Below the pieces are notes generated by a model that saw nothing but the letters and a program-made list of their open reading frames with translations, was not told the DNA's origin and made no database searches. This document shows positions 18,964 to 28,386 of a DNA stretch of 64,000 nucleotides, piece after piece. A program made the translations under genes and the position numbers. How positions within the stretch are numbered: position 1 is the stretch's first letter; each line of letters begins with the position of its first letter. The stretch comes from an uncultured virus (IMG/VR IMGVR_UViG_3300042549_010585) (taxonomy: Duplodnaviria > Heunggongvirae > Uroviricota > Caudoviricetes): the IMG/VR virus record IMGVR_UViG_3300042549_010585; one strand, given 5' to 3'.

Positions 18964-19466
18964 TATTCTTCTTCGTATGTATCGAATTGATCTTCAAAAT
19001 CACCATAGTCATCTAGATCATCTAAAGCTTTTTTTGTAATCTTGAGACTAGATTCTGTCAATGCAGATAAAACTAATCCGTCTCCAGCAGAGCATAATTG
19101 ATAAATAACTCTATCTTTATGATCAACCCATTTGATTCTAGAATAAACCATATCTCCAGATTTGCCTTCAATAACTACCTCTTGTAAGACAAATTTAACC
19201 ATGCTCATGGTTTCCACATACATCTGGTAAACATTCTTTACATGGGCGTTTTCAAAACACCCAGACTTAATAAATGTATACATTGTTCCTTCAATGGCGT
19301 TCAAATCAATGCCAATATTTTTGCCATTTGCAGTTAATAAAACAATTACCTGGCTTTCAGCCTGGTCAACTGCTACCTTTTGAAACTCTAAATCATATAA
19401 TTCAAAATCATATGTAGATTTTAAATGTCTTAAAAATTCGCTATCATCTGGAACTTTAGAAATCAT
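18963..19466 (-). CDS. divergent bifunctional nuclease (BFN/DUF151)-like protein
   Basis: pattern LQEVVI..K.GD.VYSRI...CSAGDGLVLS...LKITKKALD parallels BFN V.I....DG.FYA.L...ARPSDAIALA...IYV. Confidence 0.55.
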   Translation of the reverse strand: MISKVPDDSEFLRHLKSTYDFELYDLEFQKVAVDQAESQVIVLLTANGKNIGIDLNAIEGTMYTFIKSGCFENAHVKNVYQMYVETMSMVKFVLQEVVIEGKSGDMVYSRIKWVDHKDRVIYQLCSAGDGLVLSALTESSLKITKKALDDLDDYGDFEDQFDTYEEE

Positions 19467-19475
19467 TAAATTCTC

Positions 19476-19871
19476 CTAATGGTGGCAAGCTTTACAGCTA
19501 TCACACAGCTTGTTATTAATCCAGTGGGTAACCGCGATGGTCAATCCACCAGCGACTAAAATTACCACTCCTTTAAGACCCCAATCATTTTCGTGAGCAT
19601 ATCTGCCGAGGACCAAAAGAGATAATCCTAGACTTAATAAATATAAAATATTTTTATTTTTATGTTGCTTAATTCCCCAACATATACTACCAATTGCTAA
19701 AACAGCTGATAGTACAAAGAATACTAACTCAAAACCTTCAGAAGCAATAAAGCTCAGGCCGACATATGGCAATATTGTAATAAGCAATGGCATTGCCATA
19801 CAATGAACAGCACATGTAAGACTTGCTGTCATTCCAAGTTTATCTAAATTAATTGTTCCAGTTTTCATCAT
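19476..19871 (-). CDS. MerC-family membrane protein
   Basis: LDKLGMTASLTCAVHCMAMP N-terminal signature, four hydrophobic helices, C-terminal CDSCKACHH. Confidence 0.85.
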   Translation of the reverse strand: MMKTGTINLDKLGMTASLTCAVHCMAMPLLITILPYVGLSFIASEGFELVFFVLSAVLAIGSICWGIKQHKNKNILYLLSLGLSLLVLGRYAHENDWGLKGVVILVAGGLTIAVTHWINNKLCDSCKACHH

Positions 19872-20532
19872 TCAACATATCCATCATATTTATTTGTTTT
19901 GGTTTATTATATCCGCTTACTACATAGGAAGTCCTATGAACTCCAGGAATCAATCCGTGCTTGTTAACCATATCTACATGTAATTTATTTATATATCCCT
20001 TATGGTCTTCAAATTTGTATTCAGGATATTGTTTTGCAATTTCTTCAATTTTTGAATCTCTATAATTTTTTGCTAAAACTGAAGCTGCTGCGACACATGC
20101 ACTTGTAGAATCAGCTTTTGGCATCATTACTTGTGGTTGCAATTTTTTACATGGAGATTGGTCTATAATAAATAATTTTATATCTTCAAGGGTCAGGCCA
20201 ATACTTTCAGCAGCATTTTTTGCTGCCCTATACATAACCATTTCATTGGCCCAAGTCAATCCTTTTTTGTCGATATCTTCGGGCGAAATTTCTGCAATTC
20301 CCCAGCAAATAGCATTGTCTTTGATATCTTTTTCAATAGCAATTCTAGTTTTTTCATTTAATTTTTTACTATCATTTAATCCTTGAATAATAACATCAGA
20401 TTTTAATATAACAGCTGCCGATACAATTGGTCCACTCCAAGGCCCTCGTCCAGTTTCGTCTACCCCACAAATCATATCAATTTTATATTGTTTGCGGATT
20501 TTTTGATCGTAATTAAATAATTCTTTAGACAT
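19849..20532 (-). CDS. rnhB: ribonuclease HII
   Basis: CGVDETGRG, LNDSKKL, IID, KAD...AAASVLAK, HKGY, HRTSY. Confidence 0.93.
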   Translation of the reverse strand: MSKELFNYDQKIRKQYKIDMICGVDETGRGPWSGPIVSAAVILKSDVIIQGLNDSKKLNEKTRIAIEKDIKDNAICWGIAEISPEDIDKKGLTWANEMVMYRAAKNAAESIGLTLEDIKLFIIDQSPCKKLQPQVMMPKADSTSACVAAASVLAKNYRDSKIEEIAKQYPEYKFEDHKGYINKLHVDMVNKHGLIPGVHRTSYVVSGYNKPKQINMMDMLNDENWNN

Positions 20533-20549
20533 AATTATATTATCGGGTT

Positions 20550-20578
20550 AAAAAGGCAGAGAGAATAAACTCTCTGCC
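20550..20578 (-). terminator. intrinsic terminator
   Basis: GGCAGAGAG-aataaa-CTCTCTGCC with a U run on the minus strand. Confidence 0.8.
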
Positions 20579-20585
20579 CCTTGCA

Positions 20586-20801
20586 TTAGTCACCGATGAT
20601 GTAAATCAATTCTGAATTGCCACATCTAGGGCAAGCATCCTTGGAGTCATCAATGATGAGTGTTTGCATGAAGTTGCCTTCCCACTTGCAGTGGTCACAC
20701 GCAGTGTCAACTCTAAGCACAAAGACAGACTTTTCTTTTGTTTTTTCTGGAATACCTACGAACTTTTTCAACAACGATAAAACACGAGTGATTAATTTCA
20801 T
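20586..20801 (-). CDS. small zinc-ribbon protein
   Basis: CDHC...CPRC; ATG at 20801 with GGAGG RBS preferred over the ORF-track start. Confidence 0.75.
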   Translation of the reverse strand: MKLITRVLSLLKKFVGIPEKTKEKSVFVLRVDTACDHCKWEGNFMQTLIIDDSKDACPRCGNSELIYIIGD

Positions 20802-20814
20802 ATAAACCTCCAGA

Positions 20815-22572
20815 TTATTGAATCTTGCTTGCAGCCTCCTCATTAATGATTTTGGATGCAAACTTTATTGACTCTTTTGCAGATTGGTTCAAACTATGTA
20901 GCATTTCTAGCTTGTTTTCTCCTTCTATAGCTTCAATTAGCGAAATTTTAAGATCATTCAGATCATCTAGCATTTCTTGATCGAAAAGATTTGAGGAATC
21001 TCTAAGCATTGTTTCTACTTGAACCAATCTATCATGCAATACATCTTTAATACCAGAAGCCTCTTTGAAAATACCATCCTCTACTTGAGAATCTTCAGCC
21101 TCGTTGATCATTCTGAGTATTTCATCAGATGTAAGACTTGAAGAGCCAGTAATAGTAGCTTCGGTGGATGTTCCTGTCAAAAGATCCATTGCACTAACAT
21201 TAATAATTCCGTTGGCATCAATGTCAAACCTTACTTCTATTTGAGGTAACCCCCTTGGAGAAGGCAATATATTATCAAGCTTGCAGATACCCAGGAACCT
21301 ATTGTGTCTTACCTGTGGTCTCTCACCCTGATAAACTTTAATGTCAACAAAGCTTTGATTATCATCTGCCGTTGTGAAAACTTGAGAATAATCTGTTGGG
21401 ATTGTAGTATTCCTTAAGATCATTGAGGTCATAACACCGCCAAGGGTTTCGATGCCAAGTGTCAAAGGTGTTACATCTAATAATAAAATATCTCTTTCTC
21501 TGGCCCCCGACAGAATAGCGGCCTGAACAGCAGCACCAACTGCAACAGCTTCATCAGGATTGATTGATTTATTGGGTTTTTTCAAAAGCCATTCTTCTAC
21601 AAAGGCAGAAATCACAGGAACTCTTGTTGAACCTCCAACAAACACCACTTCATCTATGTCATCTGGGCCCAATTTAGCGTCTTTTAAGGCTCGTTCTACA
21701 CAAGCCTTAGTTCTCATCAACAAAGGCTCTATTGCGGCCTCAAATTCGATTTTATTTACAGATACATCAATGTGAATTGGAGCATTGTTGACAAACATAA
21801 AATAAGGCACATTAATCTCAGCTGAATTAGAAGATGAAAGATTCTTTTTAGCCTGTTCACATTGCTGCCAGAGTCTTGCCCTTGATGTAGAATCGAATTC
21901 TTTGATATGAGGCAGCTTCTTCAAGACCAAATTAAATAAAACTTCATCAAAGTCATCGCCTCCAAGATTTGTATCTCCAGAAGTCGATTTTACTTCAAAA
22001 ACACCAATTTCACTTATAGCTAAGATGGTTACATCAAAAGTGCCACCACCAAGATCGTATACTAAAATGGTTTGATTTCTTCTATCATCTAATCCATAGG
22101 CCAAAGCAGCAGCTGTTGGTTCGTTGATGATGCGAATAACTTCTAGTCCAGCTAATTCACCAGCTGTTTTTGTAGATTGCCTTTGATTATGATCGAAATA
22201 TGCTGGAACGGTGATAACAGCTTGATTTACTTTTTTACCTAAAGCAACTTCACAATCTTTTTTTATTTTTTTAAGAATTTCACTTGATATTTCTTCGGGC
22301 GACCAGACTGAATTACCAAGATCAAATCTTTTGTTTGTCCCCATGCTTCGCTTAACAGATCTAATTGTATTGTCAGCATTGGTTGCTTCCTGATCTGCAG
22401 CATATTTGCCAATCAAGATTGATTTATCTGATTTGATTGCAAAAACAGAAGGGGTAGTTCTAAAACCCTCGGCATTTGGAATGATTTCAACATTACCAGA
22501 AGAATTTACATAAGCAGCACAGGAGTTTGTAGTTCCTAGATCAATTCCGATAGCAATTGATTCATTTTCCAT
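20815..22572 (-). CDS. dnaK: Hsp70/DnaK chaperone (shortened C-terminus)
   Basis: GIDLGTTNS, TTPSV, ITVPAYF, INEPTAAA, DLGGGTFDV, GGDDFD, VGGSTRVP, NPDEAVA, linker DILLLDVTP, PQIEV. Confidence 0.96.
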   Translation of the reverse strand: MENESIAIGIDLGTTNSCAAYVNSSGNVEIIPNAEGFRTTPSVFAIKSDKSILIGKYAADQEATNADNTIRSVKRSMGTNKRFDLGNSVWSPEEISSEILKKIKKDCEVALGKKVNQAVITVPAYFDHNQRQSTKTAGELAGLEVIRIINEPTAAALAYGLDDRRNQTILVYDLGGGTFDVTILAISEIGVFEVKSTSGDTNLGGDDFDEVLFNLVLKKLPHIKEFDSTSRARLWQQCEQAKKNLSSSNSAEINVPYFMFVNNAPIHIDVSVNKIEFEAAIEPLLMRTKACVERALKDAKLGPDDIDEVVFVGGSTRVPVISAFVEEWLLKKPNKSINPDEAVAVGAAVQAAILSGARERDILLLDVTPLTLGIETLGGVMTSMILRNTTIPTDYSQVFTTADDNQSFVDIKVYQGERPQVRHNRFLGICKLDNILPSPRGLPQIEVRFDIDANGIINVSAMDLLTGTSTEATITGSSSLTSDEILRMINEAEDSQVEDGIFKEASGIKDVLHDRLVQVETMLRDSSNLFDQEMLDDLNDLKISLIEAIEGENKLEMLHSLNQSAKESIKFASKIINEEAASKIQ

Positions 22573-22610
22573 AAATATTCACCCTTGTATTTTTATTTTA
22601 ATTATACAAA

Positions 22611-22640
22611 AAGAAAAAACCAGAGATTTCTCTCTGGTTT
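22611..22640 (-). terminator. intrinsic terminator
   Basis: AAACCAGAGA-tttc-TCTCTGGTTT with U-rich tail on the minus strand. Confidence 0.75.
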
Positions 22641-22821
22641 AAAACTTATAATCATTTGAATAGAACCCTGGGCCTTTGAAAGCTATACCTACAGGATAAA
22701 GCTTTTTCTTTAACTCGGGAGCTGAACATTTAGGGCAGTCCTTAAGTGATTCGGCTGTAATTTTTTGTTCTATATCAAATTGGTGACTACATTTTTTACA
22801 AATATAAGTGTATGTCGGCAT
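22639..22821 (-). CDS. FmdB-family zinc-ribbon protein
   Basis: MPTYTYICKKC..F....CPKC...FKGPGFYSNDY; true start at 22821. Confidence 0.9.
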   Translation of the reverse strand: MPTYTYICKKCSHQFDIEQKITAESLKDCPKCSAPELKKKLYPVGIAFKGPGFYSNDYKF

Positions 22822-22828
22822 TCTGCCC

Positions 22829-23182
22829 TTAATCTTCCTTTGGAATATCAGATCCTGGTCTTCTGCCCTCATAAAGGGTTGAAAGCGGATTGAATTCTTC
22901 ATCATTTAATTTTTTATTTAAAACTTCTATTTCTCTTTGAGTAATCGGGGTGCGCTTTGCTGTCTTTTTTGGATCTTTTGGAAGTTTATCCTTGTACTCA
23001 TGAACAATTGACACAGATTGAACTATTGCAAAAGTATCCTTGCATTTAGGACATTTCATAATAGCATATACTTCGACTTCATTTTTGGGATAATACCCTA
23101 AATGAGACTCGCGATAGAATGTAGCTTTACAAGTGCGGTTGACACACTGCAAAGGTGTACCTACGATTGTTTGTTTAAACAT
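22829..23182 (-). CDS. zinc-finger hypothetical protein
   Basis: CVNRTC...CPKC; AGGAGG RBS. Confidence 0.75.
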   Translation of the reverse strand: MFKQTIVGTPLQCVNRTCKATFYRESHLGYYPKNEVEVYAIMKCPKCKDTFAIVQSVSIVHEYKDKLPKDPKKTAKRTPITQREIEVLNKKLNDEEFNPLSTLYEGRRPGSDIPKED

Positions 23183-23222
23183 ACGCTCCTCCTAACAAAG
23201 GGAAAGAAACAATAATATAATA

Positions 23223-25046
23223 TTATTTCAATAAGGTATTCGCAACCTGTTTTTTAATCACTCTTAAATCAAAACCTGATTCAGATTCATAAACCCTTTT
23301 TCTTGCCAAAGAATGTTTTCTCATGTGTTTATCAGAATCCATAAAATCAATGACTACAGCTTCGGTTTTGCCGCTTTCTTTATGTGATCTAATAACTCTA
23401 CCCACAGTTTGCAAAACTGTAGCAGAAGCCTGTGTGCTTCCAGCCATGACTAAAACACTTATAGCTGGCGCATCAATGCCTGTATTTAGCCACTGGGTTC
23501 CTATTAATATAATTTCATTTCTTTCGCAAGCATCAAGCATTCTTTTGCGATAATCTTGCTCTTCATCATCTGGATCATCCTCGCCCTTGTCACTTCCAGG
23601 AACAAAGACAGACCCTTTAATCATATCTTCCAAGATATTACCGTGCTCAATTCTATCAACTATGATCATAACAGGCTTGCCTTCTTCTTGGAAGGCTTCA
23701 GCAAATTGTTTTATTCGATAATTTCTTTCCCAGCACTTAGTAATATGTTTTGTGTAAGAATCGGCATAGTTTACAACCTCTTGTTCAGAATAACTAATCG
23801 GAATCATAAATATTCTTGGAGGAACTAAGAAACCTCTATCAATCAAAAATGTAGGACTTACCTCAACGAGCTTTTTCCCCATGCATCCTTCAAGTCTAAT
23901 CTCTTGATTGTCTTCACGCCAGGGAGTTGCACTTAAGCCAAATCTATAATAAGCCCTATCGGCGTGATTTGCTAAAGCTTCAATTACAATAGCCGCCAAG
24001 TGAGCTTCATCAACAATGACAGCTTGTGCATTAGAGAACAATTCTCTAATTTTTCTTTTATTCTCTATTGATTGTAATCTTATATCTAATGAAGCTTTTG
24101 CTTTTTTATAAGCAGTAATTTCATTTTTTATTAAATTGCTAAAAGTTTTATCGAAATCTTTTTGAAGTAATGATAAAGCTTTCTCTAAAACTTTCTTTTC
24201 TTTATCATTCGCTAAAGAAATTTGCTTTTCAGTTTCCTCCATGTGCAATGAAGCCTCTGAAAGATGTTGTGATGCATGGGCTTTTGCCTTATTGTAAGCT
24301 TTTTCAGCAAAAGAAAACTCAGCTTTTAACTGCTCTAGTGTCTTTTTTGTGCCTTCGCCTACAAGCTCATCTACTTCAATCTTATTTTTAGATTCACTAA
24401 ACTTCTCATTGAAGGCTGCCAGAGCCGTTTGGTAGGTAATTACATTTACGCCATTAGGATTGATATCAAATACGCCATCTCCAAGCATCCCTACATGGGC
24501 AGATTTTTCTTCTACCTTAAGATATTTCACAAACTCTTTTTGAGTCTGTTTTAATAGCGACCTGGATGGAACAATAAAAAGAACTGGCGATACAGACATT
24601 CTTGAAATAAGCTCACAAGCTGTCATGGTTTTACCAGCGCCTGTAGCCAAAGCTAAAATACCCCTTGTAACAGACATTGCTCGCTCTACTGCATTGATTT
24701 GGTAGTCGTAAAGGCTTCGCCCATAGTCAGAAAATGTGGTATCAATTTTTATATTCGCATCTGGCTTTATTCTATTATCAACAAGGCGATATTCGCATCC
24801 TTGAGATTTTAAAGACTTTAATACATTGGAAAGTAAACCAGTTGGAAAAGATTGTGTTTTCTTATCGTATAGAGAAATAATACCATCCCAGACATTATTT
24901 TTATACGCAGGAGACCATTCAGCATTGGGCACCATGTAACCACACTTTTCTCTAAGCATGTTGTGAAAAGCATACTGATGCTCTTTCTCTGGGTGCAATT
25001 CACCTACGATTTTACATCTGGTATTAGTAATAACAATAGACACCAT
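23223..25046 (-). CDS. SF2 DExH helicase (UvsW/XPB-like) with helical insertion
   Basis: LYDYQ, ATGAGKT, VDEAH, SATP, TGID, QTVGRVIR. Confidence 0.92.
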   Translation of the reverse strand: MVSIVITNTRCKIVGELHPEKEHQYAFHNMLREKCGYMVPNAEWSPAYKNNVWDGIISLYDKKTQSFPTGLLSNVLKSLKSQGCEYRLVDNRIKPDANIKIDTTFSDYGRSLYDYQINAVERAMSVTRGILALATGAGKTMTACELISRMSVSPVLFIVPSRSLLKQTQKEFVKYLKVEEKSAHVGMLGDGVFDINPNGVNVITYQTALAAFNEKFSESKNKIEVDELVGEGTKKTLEQLKAEFSFAEKAYNKAKAHASQHLSEASLHMEETEKQISLANDKEKKVLEKALSLLQKDFDKTFSNLIKNEITAYKKAKASLDIRLQSIENKRKIRELFSNAQAVIVDEAHLAAIVIEALANHADRAYYRFGLSATPWREDNQEIRLEGCMGKKLVEVSPTFLIDRGFLVPPRIFMIPISYSEQEVVNYADSYTKHITKCWERNYRIKQFAEAFQEEGKPVMIIVDRIEHGNILEDMIKGSVFVPGSDKGEDDPDDEEQDYRKRMLDACERNEIILIGTQWLNTGIDAPAISVLVMAGSTQASATVLQTVGRVIRSHKESGKTEAVVIDFMDSDKHMRKHSLARKRVYESESGFDLRVIKKQVANTLLK

Positions 25047-25070
25047 AACATAATTATTATGGTGTCTATT
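25035..25070. repeat. perfect 14-bp inverted repeat over the helicase start
   Basis: AATAGACACCATAA (25035-25048) / TTATGGTGTCTATT (25057-25070), 8-nt spacer. Confidence 0.85.
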
Positions 25071-25100
25071 TGAAAATAAAAATATTTATCTTAAAAATAT

Positions 25101-25481
25101 TTACTTAAGCTTTGCGACTTTTTCTGCATATTCTGCGCGATAAAGACTTTCTAGATGAGGCTCATTATGAATTTTGACACTAAGCTCATGAGCAAATTCT
25201 GTAATTCTTTCAGATTTAGATTTTCTGCCACGTCTTGACATAATTTCAACATCATCATCAGATGCATCAACAACTTCTGCTACAGCAACTTCTACTACAA
25301 CAGGCGCTTTAACTTCTGGAGCTTCTTCGGCAACCTTTGGTTCTTCTTTTGCCTTTGCGACCACAGGAGCTACTGGCTTAACCACTTCTTCTACTTGCAC
25401 TTGGGTGTCAATTACTTCAGGTGTCTTCTCTGCAACTTTAATCTTAGCGGCGGTTGCTTTTGGTTTTACTTCTTCAGCCAT
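25101..25481 (-). CDS. low-complexity Ala/Val/Glu/Lys-rich protein
   Basis: 126-aa ORF with AAGG RBS. Confidence 0.7.
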   Translation of the reverse strand: MAEEVKPKATAAKIKVAEKTPEVIDTQVQVEEVVKPVAPVVAKAKEEPKVAEEAPEVKAPVVVEVAVAEVVDASDDDVEIMSRRGRKSKSERITEFAHELSVKIHNEPHLESLYRAEYAEKVAKLK

Positions 25482-25499
25482 TTTTCTAACCTTTATATT

Positions 25500-25925
25500 T
25501 TAATTTTTAGATAGCAATTTAAATGCTATATTTCTTTTTTTCTTATCAGAAAATGAACTTACAGTCATCTGGGCGGCTTCTTCAACCGCCTTGTTTTCAT
25601 CATCTGTTAATAATTTATTATCGCTTTCAAATGCCCTTGCCTTGACTATTCGAATGAATTCTTCCAACATCTCTTGGTCAGTGTATTCACCATCTTTGAT
25701 GTCTTCCAATCCTCTTCGTATAGCATCTATGATGACAGTAGATTTTTCTCCAAATTTATTTTGAAGAAAACCATCAACTTTACTTAAGCACGATTCTACA
25801 AAAGCAATTTCTTTCTGTCTGCCTGTTAAATATTTAAGGGATAATGTAATGCCCAAAGCCAGCAAAATCCACAATCCATAAACAGACAAAAATAAATCAA
25901 AAGCATGCTTGATATTTGCTAACAT
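25500..25925 (-). CDS. single N-terminal TM protein (possible holin-like)
   Basis: hydrophobic LFLSVYGLWILLALGITLSL followed by a charged helical domain. Confidence 0.55.
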   Translation of the reverse strand: MLANIKHAFDLFLSVYGLWILLALGITLSLKYLTGRQKEIAFVESCLSKVDGFLQNKFGEKSTVIIDAIRRGLEDIKDGEYTDQEMLEEFIRIVKARAFESDNKLLTDDENKAVEEAAQMTVSSFSDKKKRNIAFKLLSKN

Positions 25926-25926
25926 A

Positions 25927-26163
25927 TTAGCACTTAATAGCTATGACGTCACTATCATCGTCATCATCAGGAAAAGCATCTTCGACAACAGGAACTTCGA
26001 TAGATTTTGAAATATCGCGATGGCAATATGGGCAAGTGCCATTGGCACCAAGATTGACTCTAAATACAATATGTGTACAAGCCTTGCAGACAATAACGCC
26101 TTCAGTGTCGCTTTGGTCTGCTACATTTTCGATGTGGCCTGTGGCTCTTCTATACATTGTCAT
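25927..26163 (-). CDS. small zinc-ribbon protein
   Basis: CKAC...CPYC, acidic tail, AAGGA RBS. Confidence 0.7.
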   Translation of the reverse strand: MTMYRRATGHIENVADQSDTEGVIVCKACTHIVFRVNLGANGTCPYCHRDISKSIEVPVVEDAFPDDDDDSDVIAIKC

Positions 26164-26195
26164 AATTATTTTCCTTTTCCCTTGTAATATTTTTT

Positions 26196-27173
26196 TTAAC
26201 TTATCAAGGAGAGATAGCTTTTCAAAGCTTGCGCTTGTTCTGTTGATAATTTATTTGGCATTTTAAAATTAACTTGAACTATATAGTCAGTTCTGTTGCT
26301 TTGATCAACAAAAAAGCCTTGGTGTCTAAATTGTATTTTTTGACCAGCCTTGCAAGCTTGAGGTATCTTAATTGTTACTTCTGCATTGTCTAGGCTTGTA
26401 ACCTTCTTGTCAGCTCCTATCATAGCTTCAACAGGATCTATATCTAATTGTACATTACAATTGCCAGTTTCATCAATTTTGAAATAAGGATCATCCTGCA
26501 ATTTGCACTGAATAACCAATGGGCCTGGTTGTTGATCTGAATCTTCTTGGGATCCAGCACCCTGTAAAACGAATTGTCTATTTATGCTTCCAAGCGGGAA
26601 GGTAAGTTCTTTTTGGACTTGTACTTTTTTGATTCCAAACCCATGGCAAGATCCACAAATTACAGCATGTAAAAAACCTCTACCTCTACATCTGCCACAA
26701 GGGCCTAGATCTTGCTGCATATGGAAGAATCCATTATTGAATATTTGAATATTTCTTCCTGCTCCATTACAATCAGGACATACGGAAGGGACTCCTGTGT
26801 CTGATCTTCCACCCTCTCCATTACAATCTGAGCAAAATGAATCTATAGAATAGTGAATTATTTTAGTTGTTGGCTTCATTGTTTCCAAAGGATGTAATTC
26901 AACATGAACCACAACTGAAGAATTGGGTTGCTTATGCACACTCCTGTGCTGGGCAAAGTGCGCAAAAGCAGAGCCTTGATTGTCATAGGCTAATTTTTTA
27001 GCTGGATCAGAAAGAGTTTCATAGGCTTCGCCAATTTGCTTAAATTTATCTTCGGAGCCTTCTGCCTTATTTACATCAGGATGCCATTCTCTGGCAAGCT
27101 TGCGGTAGGCACTTTTTATTTCATCTTGTGATGAATTTTTATTTACACCTAAAATAGAATAATAATCTGACAT
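26196..27173 (-). CDS. dnaJ: DnaJ chaperone (type I)
   Basis: DYYSILG, HPD, four CxxCxGxG repeats, C-terminal domain; very short G/F region; ATG at 27173 likely start. Confidence 0.93.
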   Translation of the reverse strand: MSDYYSILGVNKNSSQDEIKSAYRKLAREWHPDVNKAEGSEDKFKQIGEAYETLSDPAKKLAYDNQGSAFAHFAQHRSVHKQPNSSVVVHVELHPLETMKPTTKIIHYSIDSFCSDCNGEGGRSDTGVPSVCPDCNGAGRNIQIFNNGFFHMQQDLGPCGRCRGRGFLHAVICGSCHGFGIKKVQVQKELTFPLGSINRQFVLQGAGSQEDSDQQPGPLVIQCKLQDDPYFKIDETGNCNVQLDIDPVEAMIGADKKVTSLDNAEVTIKIPQACKAGQKIQFRHQGFFVDQSNRTDYIVQVNFKMPNKLSTEQAQALKSYLSLIS

Positions 27174-27216
27174 AATTCGTGTTTCCAATAAAAATGATTA
27201 ATCGAATTATATTATA

Positions 27217-27897
27217 CTATTTTTTAATGGTTTGTAGCAAAGCTTGAATTTTATTAGAAGGACAAATTGCTCTTTCACCGATGCCAATATCAGCATGTTG
27301 GCCTGTAACACCCATGATGGAACCATAAACAAGGCCATCTGTCCCAATGGTCATACCACCACTTGATCCCTGAAGGATATCAGCATCAATAAAAATTAAA
27401 TCATTCCATGCTGGCTTGTCAGCTTCTCCTAGAGACTGATGTATATTAGCGATTCTTCCAACAGTCGCTGTGTCATGCCATCCCTCAGGAGAACTAATGA
27501 CAGCAATAATATCGCCCACTTGAGCTGAGTCACTATTGCCTAATTTACAAGGCGGTACAGTTTTAGCAACTTGAGGATTGAAAATAATACCTGAATCAAT
27601 ATTGGGATCAGTAACAGAAATCTGCATAGGATACATAACTTTTCCATCAAAAGTTGCTGTGATTTCAGCACCAGATCCTATTAATGTAGGTGGCACTACA
27701 TGGGCTGCTGTTGCGACAAAGCCTTCTCCTATGTGAAAGCCACTACCAGTCCACATCTTTTTTCCTTGCTTAACAGTTATAGTACAATTGCTAGCCAAAG
27801 ATGATTGTATGGACTGAGCTATAGGATCAATCGTCTTCTGGGCTTGTTGCGCCAATCTTAATTTATATTCTAATGAATTAATATTTATATTAAACAT
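27217..27897 (-). CDS. trypsin-like (S1C/HtrA-like) serine protease without PDZ
   Basis: GSGF, TAAHVV, IDSGII, IDADILQGSSGG; catalytic triad intact. Confidence 0.9.
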   Translation of the reverse strand: MFNININSLEYKLRLAQQAQKTIDPIAQSIQSSLASNCTITVKQGKKMWTGSGFHIGEGFVATAAHVVPPTLIGSGAEITATFDGKVMYPMQISVTDPNIDSGIIFNPQVAKTVPPCKLGNSDSAQVGDIIAVISSPEGWHDTATVGRIANIHQSLGEADKPAWNDLIFIDADILQGSSGGMTIGTDGLVYGSIMGVTGQHADIGIGERAICPSNKIQALLQTIKK

Positions 27898-27900
27898 AAT

Positions 27901-28386
27901 TTACAGCTCAATAATCTTTGCTTTAATATTTTCTACAGGTATAGCCCCGAATGCTCTTGAATCCTCAGATTCAACTTCGTTGTCACCAATTAGAAATACA
28001 TGACCTGAAGGTACAACATACATATATGCGTCCACGCCATGCTTTCTTAAGTATTTTATATGATATTCAATATCGCGCAACAAAGGCATTTTGTCATATT
28101 TCCTAACTCCAGAGTCTACAACAGGAAATTTTTGCCCTGCAACAAAAGCGATGCGCTTGATTATTAATTCTGAATTTTGTTCTACTAATACTACGTCACC
28201 AATGCTGTAGCTTTTATCTGTTGTATTGGCCAACACCAAAGCATTTGGATTTAAAGTAGGCTGCATTGATTTACCAACGACTTTAGTAAAATAAAAAGGT
28301 CGGTAAGCTAAAAAAAATATTGATAAAATTAAAAAAAATAATTGTAATAAAATTCTAATATTTCTTCTTTGGTAAGTTTTAAGCAT
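27901..28386 (-). CDS. lepB: signal peptidase I (S26)
   Basis: N-terminal TM, GKSMQPTL (Ser), IIKRI (Lys), GDN...SEDSRAFG. Confidence 0.9.
   Translation of the reverse strand: MLKTYQRRNIRILLQLFFLILSIFFLAYRPFYFTKVVGKSMQPTLNPNALVLANTTDKSYSIGDVVLVEQNSELIIKRIAFVAGQKFPVVDSGVRKYDKMPLLRDIEYHIKYLRKHGVDAYMYVVPSGHVFLIGDNEVESEDSRAFGAIPVENIKAKIIEL

Noticed and set aside
19476..19871. Mercury resistance operon
   Set aside because: No merR, merA, merT or merP nearby
24040..24420. Intein in the helicase
   Set aside because: No N-terminal Cys/Ser block, no His-Asn C-terminus, no LAGLIDADG motif
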